From assembly GCF_009914755.1 (NCBI RefSeq), contig NC_060927.1: a stretch of DNA of 64,000 bases. The stretch is one strand, 5' to 3'. The notes under the pieces were generated by a model that had not been told where the DNA came from, searched no databases, and was given only the letters and a program-made list of their open reading frames with translations. Of this stretch, positions 34,062-49,113 are shown one piece after another (within the stretch, counting starts at the first letter, position 1; every line of letters starts with the position of its first letter). The translations under genes and the position numbers were made by a program. The DNA comes from the human T2T-CHM13v2.0 reference genome, Homo sapiens.

Positions 34062-34430
34062 CATGCAGCCATAAAAAAAGAATAAAATCATGCCCTTTGC
34101 AACAACATAGATGCAGCTGGAAGCCATTATCCTAAGCAAATTAAGGCAGAAACAGAAAACCAAATATTGCATGTTTTCATTTATAAGTGGATATACACGG
34201 ACATAAAGATAAGAATAATAGACACTGGGGACCCCAAAAGATGGAGGGAGGAAGGGAAACAAGGCCTGAAAAACTTCCTATTGGGTACTATGTTCACTAT
34301 CTGGGTGACAGGATCATTAGAAGCCAAAACCTCAGCATCACACAATATACCCTTGTAACAAATCTTCACATATACCCTCTGAATCTAAAATAAAACATTT
34401 TAAAATAATAATTATCTAAAAATTAAAAAA
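34062..34430 (+). mobile_element. L1PB-like 3' fragment nested in host L1 ORF1
   Basis: cctattgggtactatgttcactat...cctcagcatcacacaatatacc...ctctgaatctaaaataaaa; host sequence aaataa resumes after. Confidence 0.8.
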
Positions 34431-34619
34431 CAAATAATGATTATAAACTTCTCAAATCTGAGGCAGGAAATGGACATACAGATTGATGAAGCCCAAAGTA
34501 CTTCAAATAGACTTCAAATAGAACGAGCCCTATAAAGTCAGCATCAAGGCACATTATAGTCAAGTTGTCAAAAGTCAGCTGCACACACGCACACACACAA
34601 AATCAAGCGAAAGAGAAAT

Positions 34620-34919
34620 TTTGTTTGTGTTTTTTGAGACAGGTCTCACTCTGTCACCCAGGCTGGAGTTCAGTGGTGCAATCACGGCTTACTGCAGCCT
34701 TGACCGCCTCAGGCCCAGGTGATTCTCCCACTTCAGCCTCTTGAGTAGCTGGGACTGCAGGTGTGCACCACTAAAACTGGCTAATTTTTTGTATTTTTTT
34801 GTAGATACAAGGTCTCCCTATGTTGTTCAGGCTGGTCTCAAACTCCTGGGCTCAAGCAGTCTTCCCACCTTGACCTCCCAAAGTGTTAGGATTACAGGCA
34901 TGAGCCAACGTACCCAGCC
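34620..34919 (-). mobile_element. AluJ-like
   Basis: TSD aaagagaaattttg. Confidence 0.92.
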
Positions 34920-35249
34920 ATAAAGAGAAATTTTGAAAGCAGTAAGAGAAAAGTGACTCATCATGTTCAAGCCCCCCACCCCCACCCCCTGCCCCCTGTC
35001 AAATGAGACAATCAGTGGATTTCTTGGCAGAAAGCTTGCAGGCCAGAAGACAGTGAAATGATATATTCAATGTGCTGAAACAAAAAACTGTCAACCAAGA
35101 ACATTATACGTAACATAACTGTCCTTTAAAAATTAAGGAGAAATAAAGACTTTCCAAGACAAACAAAAGCTAAGAGAGTTTATGACCATCCAAACCTGCC
35201 TTATAAGAAAAGCTAAAGAGAATTCCTAAAGTTGAAATAAAAGGACTCA

Positions 35250-35913
<664 letters not shown>

Positions 35914-37313
35914 AGGACACTAAACAGTGACATAAAAGCATATAAAAGCATAAAACTCAGTAAAGGTAAATTTATAGACAAATAAAGAATACTGTAATAG
36001 TATAATCATGATGTGTAAATCATTTTTAGCTCCAATAAAAGTTAAAAGACAAAAATATTAAAAAGTACTATAAATACAAAAAATGTATTAATGGATACAT
36101 AATATAAAAAGATGTAAAGTATGACATCAATAACAAAGTATATGGAAGTCAAAGTTAGTTTTTGTATGCAGTTGAAACTATCGGCTTAAAAGAGAAAGTT
36201 ATAATTATGTTTTATGTAATCTTCATAATAATGACAAAGAAAATTCCTATCATAGATACATAAAAGAAAAAGAAATCAAAGTGTATCACTAAAAAAAGAA
36301 AAATATCAACAAATCACAAAGGAAGATGGCAAAAGAGCAATTACAAAAAAGAAAACATTAACAAAACATCAATACTAAGTCCTTACCTATCAGTAATTAC
36401 TTTAAACATAAATGAATTAAATTCTACAATCAAAAGAAATAGAGGGGCTGAACGGATTAAATAAAGTAATGAGATGCAATTATATGCTGTTTATAACAGA
36501 CTCATGTTAGAATCAAAGACCCCCAAAGCTGAAAGTGAAGGGATAGAAAAAAATATTCCACCCAAATGGTAACCAAAAGAGAGCATGAATGGCTATACTT
36601 ATATCAGACAAAATAGACTTTGAGTCAAAAACTGTCATAAGGGAATAAGAAAGTCACTATATAATGACTAGCAGAACAATTCATCAGAAAGATATACTAT
36701 TATAAATATATATGCACCCAACATGAGAGTACCTAAGTATATAAAGCAAACACTGACAGACCTAAAGGAAGAAATAGATAGTAATACAATAATAGTAGCA
36801 GACTTTAATATCAAACTTTCAATAATAGATAGAACATCCAGACAGAAAATCAATAAAGAAGCAGCAGAAATAAACACTATATTTCAAATGGACCCAAGTG
36901 ACATATTCAGAACATGACACTCAACAACAGCAGAATATGCATTATTCTCAAGTACACGTGGGACATTCTCTAGAATAGTACACATTTTGGAAAACAAAAC
37001 AAGTATCAACAAATTTAAGAAGATTAAAGTCACATCAAGTGTCTTCTCCAACCACAATGGAATAAAACTGGAAATCAAAAACAAAAGAAAAAATTCACAA
37101 ATACATGGAAATGAATATACTTTTAAATAACCACTGGGTCAAAAAAATCAAAAAGGAAATTAGAATATATCTCAAGACAAATAAAAATGAAAACATAACA
37201 TACCAAAACTTAGGAGATGCAGCAAATGCAGTACTAAGAGGGAATTTCGTAGCACCACTATCAATACTTCTATTCAACCTAGTACTTCAGTCCTAGCCAG
37301 AGCAATCAGGTGA

Positions 37314-37827
<514 letters not shown>

Positions 37828-38462
37828 TGAGTTTTTATACACTAACAATGAGCTATCTGAAAAGGAAATAAGGAAACAATCCCATTTGCCATAGCATTAA
37901 AAATAATTAAATATTTAGGAATAAGCTTTTCCAAGGAAATAAAAGAATTATATACTGAAAACTACAAATCATTGATTAAAGAAATGTTAAAAGACACAAA
38001 TAAATGGAAAGATAAACCATGTTCATGAATTGAACCAAAAGCGATCTACAGATTCAGTACAATTTCTATTAAAATCCTAATGGCATTTTTTACAGAGATA
38101 GAAAGAAAAATCCTAAAATTTATATAGCACCATAGAAGACACCAAGTAGCCAGAGCAATCTTGAGAAAGAAGAACAAAGCTGGAGGCATCATACTTCCTG
38201 GTTTCAAAATACATTATAAAGCTATATTAATTAAAACTATGGTACTGGCATTAAGTACAGTCTTATAGACCGATGGAAAAGAGTCAAGAGTACAGAAATA
38301 AACTCATGCATATACAGTCAGCTGATCTTCAAACAAGGATTCCAAGAACACATAGTGGGGAAAGGACAGTCTCTTTGTGCCAAGGAAACTGGATATCCAC
38401 ATGCAAAAAATGAAATTGGACCGTTATCTTATGCCATATACAAAATAAACTCAAAATAGATT

Positions 38463-38899
38463 TGAAAAAAGAAAACTCAGAGCCATCTGAGCTCTGTGAG
38501 GTATGCAGGTTCAGAGAGACATGCATATGGGACTTCAATCATTCTCCCTTCTACCTACCCTGTATCCCCCTCCCACACACATGCCTGGGACGATTGTTTA
38601 AAGGTATTTTGTTCCTGACTGGCTGTCTCCCCCGTCATCTTCATGTTCCTGGAATTTGTGATAAAAAGAACAATGTATATGCAATAAATAGCTCATGTTA
38701 TTTTAGTGTAAATTCTCAGTAAGCAACTTAGGAATGGCCTCTTCTTTTCCTCTAACAACCTACTTGTAACTGTTGCTAATTAGAATGTATATTCAGGGCA
38801 ACTTGAATCTATGTTCCTGGGTTGCAATCCTCAAGTTTGGCCCAAATAAACTCTCTACTTATAATAATTTTGCCTCAGCTTTTTCCTTTTAGATCAACA
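38463..38899 (+). mobile_element. ERV1-class solo LTR (LTR47/MER72-like) nested in L1
   Basis: TG...CA ends; gggcaacttgaatctatg...ggttgcaatcctcaagtttggcccaaataaactctctactt; host L1 resumes after. Confidence 0.7.
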
Positions 38900-39500
38900 T
38901 ATCAGACTTAAACATAAGAACTGAAACTATGAAACTGCTAGAAGGAAATACAGGGAAAAATCTTCTTGATATTGATCTTGGCAATGATTTCTTGGATATG
39001 ACACCAAAAACGCATGCAACAAAGGCAAAATTAGACAAATGGCACTACATCAAACCAAAAATCTTCTGCACAGTGAAGGAAGGAAACAATAGCATGAAAA
39101 GACAAGCTACATAATGGAAAAATATTTACAAATCATATATTTGATAAGGGATTAATATCCAAAATATACAAGGAACTTCTGCAACTCAACAGAAAAAAAA
39201 ATTTAATGGGCAAAGGACTTGAAAAGACATTTCTCCAAAGAAGACATACAAATGACTGAGAAACATATGAAAAGATGCTCTACTTCCCTAATCTTCAGGA
39301 AGATCTGAATGAAAACCAAAAGGAGTTATCACCTCATACATGTCAGGATGGCTATTATCAAAAAAACCAAAAGATAAGTGTTGGCAAGGATGCAGAGAAA
39401 TTGGAACCCTTGTACACTGTTGGTGGGGTTATAAAATGATGCAGTTGCTATGAAAAATGGTATGGTAATTTCTCAAAAAATTAAAAATAGAATTACCATA

Positions 39501-40221
39501 TGACTGACAAAAGTGAAATCTTAAGCCCCCCAACTAACTGAAAGGACCCCCTTTTGGCCAAGGGGACCCCAGAGAAAACTTGAGAGCTATGTTCCAGCCA
39601 TAACATGATGGGAGTTCAGACACACCTTGTTCTCCCTCCCTTCCTACTGTCATTAGGCCTTCTTTCCTAAGGGTTAAACAGAAACCAGCCCTTTGGACTC
39701 ATTCCACCTCTGGTATCAGCCAACTGCCTTGCACTGCCTGTCTCTTTTATAGTTTCAACAAAACAACCAATTAGCATTCCCCTTCTTGGTAAGAGACCAC
39801 CAACTGTAGAGTGGTTCTGACCAGTCTACAGAGGATGCACAGTAAAGGTTTGTGTGTCTTCTGCTTCACCTTTTGATATCAGAGGGCCAAAAACTCCACC
39901 CTCAGATAATGCTAATACTATCATTTTTTGAACATGGGTTCCATGGAAAGGTGTGAAGCTCAATTATGCATGTGCAAGTTTCTCCTTTCATAAATATTCA
40001 TGACTCCTCCTTTAGCTTAGTAAAAATATATATATTCAGCGATTCTGGTCAGCATAAATTCCTGTTCCTTTTGCCCCTCCCTAGAAGTGTCTGTTTCTGG
40101 CTTCTGGCTGGAGGCTATACTTCCCAGCTTGTCCGAATGGTCACCCTGCAGGCTGCAACACTTTATGAGAAATGAAGTTATCCTTACCAAATTTATGAAC
40201 CTCATTATTCTTCAGTTGATA
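39501..40221 (+). mobile_element. MER39-like ERV1 solo LTR nested in L1
   Basis: aaatcttaagccccccaactaactgaaaggacccccttttggccaaggggaccccagag ... aaatttatgaacctcattattcttcagttga. Confidence 0.8.
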
Positions 40222-40924
40222 TGAGCCAGCAGTCCTACTTTTGGGTATATATTCAAAAGAATTGAAATCAAGATCATGAAGAGATACGTGCACTCCCATG
40301 TTCATTGCAGTATTTTTCACGATGGCCAAGATATGGAAATAATCGAAATGTCCATCAACAGATGAATGGATAAAGAAAGTGTGGCATATACATACAATGT
40401 AATACTATTCAGTCTTAAAAAACAAGTAAATTTTGCCATATGTGACAACATGCATGAAACTAGAGGACATTGTGCTAAGTGTAATAAGCCAGTCACAGAA
40501 GAAAAACACTGCATGATTTATTTATATGAGGTATCTAAGATAGTCAAACTCATAGAAACAGAGAGTAGAATGATGGTTGCCCAGAGATGGGTAGAGGGGG
40601 AAATAAGTATAAAGTTTCAGTTATGCAAGATGAATAAGTTTTAGAGATCTGCTGTAAAACATTGTGTTTATAGTTAACAATAATGTATTGCACACTTAAA
40701 AATCTGTTAAGAGGGTAGATCTCACTTTAAGTATTCTTACCACAATAAACAAAAATAAATAAAATTAAAATAAATGGCTAGGTGTCAAATTGAATAGATT
40801 AAAAAATAAAATAAACGGCAAAAAGCAAAAATATGTCATAAAATACATATAAAAATACAAGGTAAAAATAGTGCTGAGGTTAACAGAAGATATCATAAAG
40901 GTAAACTTTCATTATACAATGTTT

Positions 40925-41275
<351 letters not shown>

Positions 41276-41349
41276 ATTTTTTTATTTTAATTTTAGAGTT
41301 GAAAATAGTTGACTAAAATAAAAAAAGAACTACACCAAAAAAAAAAAAA

Positions 41350-41493
41350 AATCACCTAAGCATTAAACAGCTGTGGACTGCACCCCACATTTCTAATACA
41401 GTAAATCTTAGATGGGCCTAGAGAATTTGCATTTCTAATAAATGCCCAGGTGATACTGCTGATAGTCTGAGGACTACACTTTGAGAAACACTG
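41350..41493. mobile_element. MER5A right part
   Basis: aatcacct...gagaatttgcatttctaataaatgcccaggtgatactgct...ggactacactttgagaaacactg. Confidence 0.8.
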
Positions 41494-41499
41494 CTCTCA

Positions 41500-42040
<541 letters not shown>

Positions 42041-42171
42041 CACCAAATCTGGCTTAATCTTTGAATGATATAGGTCAGTAATCTCCATATATTTTATAAT
42101 CATAAACCAGTAACAGGAAAGCATTTTTGAACAGGCACCCCCTAATTTGTACATGTACAAATTATATACTT

Positions 42172-42418
42172 TTTTTTTTTTTTTATATTTTGTTTATTGT
42201 CTGTGATCTCCAAATAAAATATAAGATCTGTCAGATCCAAGAGAGTAGGGACTTTCTCATTTGTTCACTACTGTATCTCCAGTGTTTAGGACATTCCTTA
42301 AAAACAATAAATGTTCAATAAATGTTTATTTTAATTGAATCAGTGAATGAATAAATGAACGGATCTGATAAAACAGACTTTACAGCCAAAAGCAATTTTT
42401 TTTTTTTTCATGTGCATG

Positions 42419-42460
<42 letters not shown>

Positions 42461-42952
42461 CTCTTAAGTTTTAGGGTACATGTGCACATTGTGCAGGTTA
42501 GTTACATATGTATACATGTGCCATGCTGGTGTGCTGCACCCACTGACGTGTCATCTAGCATTAGGTATATCTCCCAATGCTATCCCTCCCCCCTCCCCCG
42601 ACCCCACCACAGTCCCCAGAGTGTGATATTCCCCTTCCTGTGTCCATGTGATCTCATTGTTCAATTCCCACCTATGAGTGAGAATATGCGGTGTTTGGTT
42701 TTTTGTTCTTGCGATAGTTTACTGAGAATGATGGTTTCCAATTTCATCCATGTCCCTACAAAGGATATGAACTCATCATTTTTTATGGCTGCATAGTATT
42801 CCATGGTGTATATGTGCCACATTTTCTTAATCCAGTCTATCATTGTTGGACATTTGGGTTGGTTCCAAGTCTTTGCTATTGTGAATAGTGCCGCAATAAA
42901 CATACGTGTGCATGTGTCTTTATAGCAGCCTGATTTATAGTCCTTTGGGTAT
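42172..42952 (-). mobile_element. 5'-truncated L1HS (pre-Ta, ACG type) with 3' transduction
   Basis: L1 part 42457-42952 encodes the ORF2 C-terminus ...KNDEFISFVGTWMKLETIILSKLSQEQKTKHRIFSLIGGN*; diagnostic gatgacACGt on the L1 strand; TSD caaattatatactt at 42158-42171 and 42953-42966. Confidence 0.92.
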
Positions 42953-43223
42953 CAAATTATATACTTGTACTCAGTCAATCCATATACCAAATATTAGTAA
43001 AGCTTAACATTTTCCCTTACATTTTAGATGGAAAATTATAAGTAAAATTTCTAACATTTCCTCCAGCTCCTCAATGGATCATCTTGCCCATGTCCCCAGG
43101 ACTGCATGCTCCACCTTTGAGACTCAGACACCCAGAGAGGTTGAATGAGTAGCCCAAGGTCACACAGCTGGCTTCCAGTGAGGCAATTTTAATGCTCTTA
43201 AAAAGTAAGTAGGTACTTGTTAA

Positions 43224-43566
<343 letters not shown>

Positions 43567-45037
43567 TTTGCTCCAATTTTTTAAAATTCCCCAAGTGTTA
43601 TAGGAAGAAATGTGACATTTTTATCAAAAGGCTACCAACTTTCATATACTTTTACCAAAGTCTCAAATGTGATAAATTGTAATGATTCACAATGCCTATG
43701 AGATGAGTTTTTCTAAAACAGGCTCGTTCCAATACCCCGCCCCCATTACTTTCTAGTTACAATGACAAACTGTGCCCCACATTTCATCTGAACAATGAGA
43801 CTCATGGAGAAGTTCAGCTCATTACTAGGACCTTGCTCCTAACTTCATTGCATCCAGTTCCTTGTAAATAATGAGAAGTGAACTGCAGAGTGAGGGCCAT
43901 TTCCTCCTCTTTGTGATGAGCTATGGTGACTGAAACTTTTGGATCCTTCAATAGGCAGACAGAAGGGTCTGCTGTTACCCCATCTTCCCAGAGAGGAAAT
44001 TCTGTCTTTGTTCCTCTGGTAGAACATCTTCACAGGGCTCTAAATAGGCACACGGGCATGTGACTGCTAGCACGCGCACACGTGCACACAGTAGGTTTGA
44101 TTGTCAATAAGGTTCAGAACAATTATATGGCCACTAGAATTATAACTTCCAACTACTATGAAATGAGAAACCCCCAAATAAAAAATAACAGGAATAAGGC
44201 TACCTGACCACCTGTGAATATTAACTATATCACCCCCAAATTTCTAAAGTTACAAAGAGGGAACTTTTAGAAACTCGAGTTTTTAAAGGGGTTTTCCTAC
44301 CCCCTTTACATGGAGTGGGAAAAATCTTTCAATTTTGATGGAAAGAGAAATCTTCATTTTGAAATTAAACTTTGAAGTTTGAAAATAAAAGCAGAACCAA
44401 TTCGCAGTTCAGAAAGGGGATGGTTGGAGGTTAATCAGCCTTTTAAAGAGCTCTGTGGGACTGCTGACCCGGATACCCTCAGTACACTTGGAGAAGAAGG
44501 ATCAAAACCATGCTGGCCCCATAACAGGCATGGACCTTGGCTGTCTCTGTGTGTCAATCTCACACTCTAGGCCAGCTTCAGCCACTCAGTGTTTCACTCT
44601 GTGTATGCCTGTCTGTGTCTGTGTCTGCTTTTTGTTCTTCCTCTTTCTTTCTTCTCCTTGTTGTTTTGTTTTTTCCTATTTTTCTCTACTTCATCTTTCA
44701 CATTCTCTAACTGGCCATAGTGTCACCTGAAAATTTTATTTTTTTTAATCTGGCTCCTGCAGGATGAAAATATATTTACTTTTTAAAAACTTATTTAAAA
44801 TATACATGTTTCCCAGTTTTAATTTTAACAGATATTGATTTGAACACATTATGGCTCTCTTCAAAAATTGTGCTTGTTTTGAATTTGTATGTGATCTTTG
44901 ATCTATGAAGTTTTTGGCCCTGTGAGTGGCTTATTCACAAGAGAAAAGAAAAAAAAAATTCTCCATACTCCTGATTTAAAGAATTGCTCAAATTCAATAT
45001 AAAGCTCAAAATATGGGAAATACTTTAGTTTTGTTTT

Positions 45038-45056
45038 GTCTCCACCTGGTGGTTGT
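45038..45056 (-). promoter_or_regulatory. Candidate CTCF site
   Basis: Minus strand reads CAACCACCAGGTGGAGAC, close to the CTCF core CCACCAGRKGGCRC, in non-repeat sequence. Confidence 0.45.
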
Positions 45057-46005
45057 AAGTCAGAACACAAGCCCTTAATGGAACTGGAAAAATAATCACT
45101 TCAGTGCCTCCCTTATGTATATGAGATCAAATTATTTAATTAGAAAATGTTTTCAAACTGGAAAAAAGGTAATTATCACAAAAACTTTAAAAACTGATCT
45201 ACGCCTTTCTTTCTTTGTTTTGCTTCCTTGTAGGAGCCAAGAATAGAGAAACTTCTTAATTTTCAAATTTCTTTCTGGGTTTACTTTCTACCAGGGGCTG
45301 GTATTTTCCCTAACCTCCTATCTTCATCCACCACAGCAAAAAGCTGCCGCCCTCCAGTCCCCTGGCTCCCCCCACTCCAGATGCATTCACAGTTTTTAGT
45401 GTAGATTCCAAATTTGGAACTGAAAAACTCACAGCCTTGAAAGTCCTACTATTGTAGCAATCTTATTTTGTTAAAAACACAAAAAAATGAACAAATAAAC
45501 AATACCCAGCAGAACTCATGAAAGCCCATCACACTTTGAGCTATATACTGCATAATGAGACTCCAATGTTAATTTCTCCCCTCATCTATTATTTTTTCTG
45601 ATATGCAGTATTTTTTCACTCTGCAAATATGTTGAATGAATATATTAAATATAGATGTTTATGATGCTTCTATAGAACCTTCTCATAGAATCTTATAATG
45701 TGTCTTCACACTGCAATTATTAAACAATTAATTTCAGTTACAGTTATTGTTATTTTTGGTAGTTCGTGTTCCATGAAGTTGCAAATATTGAACCACTGCT
45801 TTTAGGGGAAATATACGGTTAGGATCTTGCGAACCTCTGGTCACATTTTCATCAACTGGTCAATACACAACCTTGTTTTAGGTGTGTTGCCATTAAAGAA
45901 TTTCATTATATGTATATGTGTATATATACATATGTGTATATATATATACATATGTGTGTATATATATACACACACACATATACATATAATGAAATATATA
46001 TATAA

Positions 46006-46311
<306 letters not shown>

Positions 46312-46706
46312 TAGTATATATTGTTGATTCATTAACAATGAAATCATGGCCAGCTCATACCTGAATGAAGCTTATCTAACATGTTTTATCTGTAAGACAC
46401 ATTGCACCCTTCTGCTTAGGAACACTAGACAGCACTTCAGCACGATGTTTGGGGCCATTTTAAACTGTGAAATCACCAACAAAAAGCACAAAAATGAGAA
46501 AAATATGGGAATAATAGACCACAAAAAGAATACTTGTTTACAATATGGGAGCCAAAATAAGAAGTCAGGGAGTCACCTTGTTCAGCCTCAGGAACGTGTG
46601 CAATAGACAATACAAATTTCTTGCTGCTTTGCACATGTCTATAAATGACCACAGAAGTGCTGCAAATATTGATTTGGGGGTTACAAGTAAATTTTAGCAG
46701 GCAGGC

Positions 46707-47125
46707 TATTATAGACTGTCCTGTATCCTCCCAAAATTCATATGTTAAAGCCCTAACCCCCAATGTGACTGTATTTTGAGATAGACCTTTAAGAAGGCAA
46801 TTAAAGTTAAATGCAGTCTTATATAAGAGTGGGCCCTAATTTGATAGAACTGGTGCCCTTATAAGAAGAGAAAGAGATACCAGAGAAGCCTCCTTCCCTC
46901 CTCTTTCCTCTCTTCTCCTGTCTCTGTATCTCTCCTTCCCTCTTCACAACATGACCAATAGTGAGAAGGCAGCCAACTGCAAGCTGGGAAAAAAGGTCTC
47001 ACTGGAAACCAAATTTTCTAGCACCCCAATCTTGGACTTATAGTCCCCAGTGAGAAAATATATTTCTGTTGCTCAAGCACCCAGTCTGTGGTATTTTGTT
47101 ATGGCAGCCCTAGTAGACTGACCCA
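46707..47125 (+). mobile_element. MLT1A/B-like MaLR solo LTR
   Basis: ccaaaattcatatgttaaagccctaacccccaatgtgactgtattt ... cccagtctgtggtattttgttatggcagccctagtagactgaccca; flanks caggc/aaggc. Confidence 0.85.
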
Positions 47126-47574
47126 AAGGCAAATTCACAAATTCGGAATCCACAAATAATGAAGATTGACTCTATTTCCTTAATGTCAGTCTCCCTGCTG
47201 AATTGTAAGGTATCTGAGGGCAGGAGCTGGGGAACTGCTTGTTCACCACTATTACCTCAGAGTGTACTGCCTTACCTATGGTCAATACTCAATAAAGAAA
47301 ACATGAATGAACAAATAAATGCAAAGCACTTTATGTAGTTTTGTTTCTTATATCTTTTCTTGCCCTCTTATTGTCTTGCTCTTTTAAATATACGGTGTTT
47401 CACAATTCTACCGTTTTCCTATTTTAATACTGCAGAGAAATTGGGATGAGTCATACAATCTGATGGTATCTTGTGTTTGCTGTTGGCCAGGCAGTAGCTG
47501 TGACAGAGATGTCATTGCCTGTGATTCATGAACCTGGTCATAGTTGTTTATATTCTCTTCACTTTACTATTTTT

Positions 47575-47705
47575 AATTTATTTTTCTTTTTTAGGTTTTA
47601 GAGACAGGGGTCTTGCTATGTTGCTCAGGCTGGTCTCAAACTCCTGGCCTCCTGCCTCAGCCTCCCAGAGGCTGGGATTATGGGTGTGAGCCACTGCACC
47701 TGGCT
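47575..47705 (-). mobile_element. FLAM/Alu monomer
   Basis: gagacaggggtcttgctatgttgctcaggctggtctc...gtgagccactgcacctggc. Confidence 0.85.
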
Positions 47706-48037
47706 TATATACCTTCACTTCTGTTGAGTCGTGTGCATTGTTCCTATTGGATATGTTCAGCTTAAGTGCTCTTTAAAATGTCTTCAAAAATTTTACAGTA
47801 TAATTCAATGCTGAAACAAAAAGGCATACAAAGAAAGGCCTAGCAAAGGTGGAAAGTAAGTTTGATTATTTGTAAAGGAAATATTCATTGTTAGAGGAAT
47901 TACTATAATCCTGTGTTTTTCTATAAAGCAACAAGCAAGTAGTTTATGAGATCTAAGACAGGAAAAGACTCACAAGTAGATGAAGAGGAGCTACATTTGG
48001 TTAGGGAGATGTATGTAAAAGATGACCTGTCACCTTG

Positions 48038-48200
48038 CTACTCAATGACTGGTTTGCAACCAGCAGCATCGGTGCCACCTGGAAATGTATCAGACATGCA
48101 GAATTTCAGGCCTACCCCCAGACCTACTCAGTCAGAACCTAACATTTTTTAACAAGATGCTCAGGTGATTTATGTGCCCTGTCAAATTTGAGAAACATTG
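48038..48200. mobile_element. MER5A
   Basis: ccagcagcatcggtgccacctggaaat...atgcagaatttcaggcctacccccagacctactcagtcagaa...aaatttgagaaacattg. Confidence 0.75.
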
Positions 48201-49113
48201 GCATAGCACATGCTATGAAATGCATCCTGAATATATTTGGAGATCTTGCCAAATCCTTCAGAATAGATGAAAGAATTGTCAAAGCAATGAGAGGTTAGTA
48301 TAATCAATTACTGCATAAGTATTACAGCTAAGACACCACATCATAGTTTAATTGGCAACATTCCTTTTTGTTCTTAGTGATATATAAAATAATGGTCCTT
48401 CCTACAATCAGTGGCATCTTAGAATTGATGAAATACCATGGTATGGGTTCAAGACCTTTCTTCTGTTCTAAATTGTCATGGTCACAGGTGTGGAGATCCA
48501 AGAGGAGCTCGTTTTGTCTCAATGTGTAGTCACTTAAGCAGCAACCTCTCAATATTTTAGTTTCTGCTCTTAGAAGAGCCTAGATTACAACATCAGTGGA
48601 GCAGAGAGAGAGACAAAGGGCCCTTCTTCAGAGAGGAAAAATAATAATAAACCACTTCTTCATGGGTGATCAAAGTGCATGAAATAGATACTACTTTGAC
48701 TGAAGATTGATGGGGGATTCAAAAGAAAGGGAAGTAGAAGATGAAAATATGCAAGAATACTCCTCATTGTGAGAGGCGAGTCTTCTTTAAATTTTTTAAT
48801 TAAAAGAACTTGGTGATATTCTTCATCATTCTGGTCTCCAATGGGGGCCAGTAAATGAAAATAGACGTGGGATAAAATGCACAATTGGCTTAATATTAAC
48901 AACATTTCTTTTTTCTTAAGCATTTCTGAGTTTTTATAACTACAAGCAAATGCAAAATGTTTGCAAGCCTACCCACTTCAAATCCTCAAATACATTACTT
49001 CATATTATAAAGGTTGATTTAAACCCATGGGCTCTGAAACTGACTGCCAAAGTTCATAACCCAGCACCCGCATTTAGTTCCAATGTTACTTTGAGAAAGA
49101 TACTTAACCTCTC

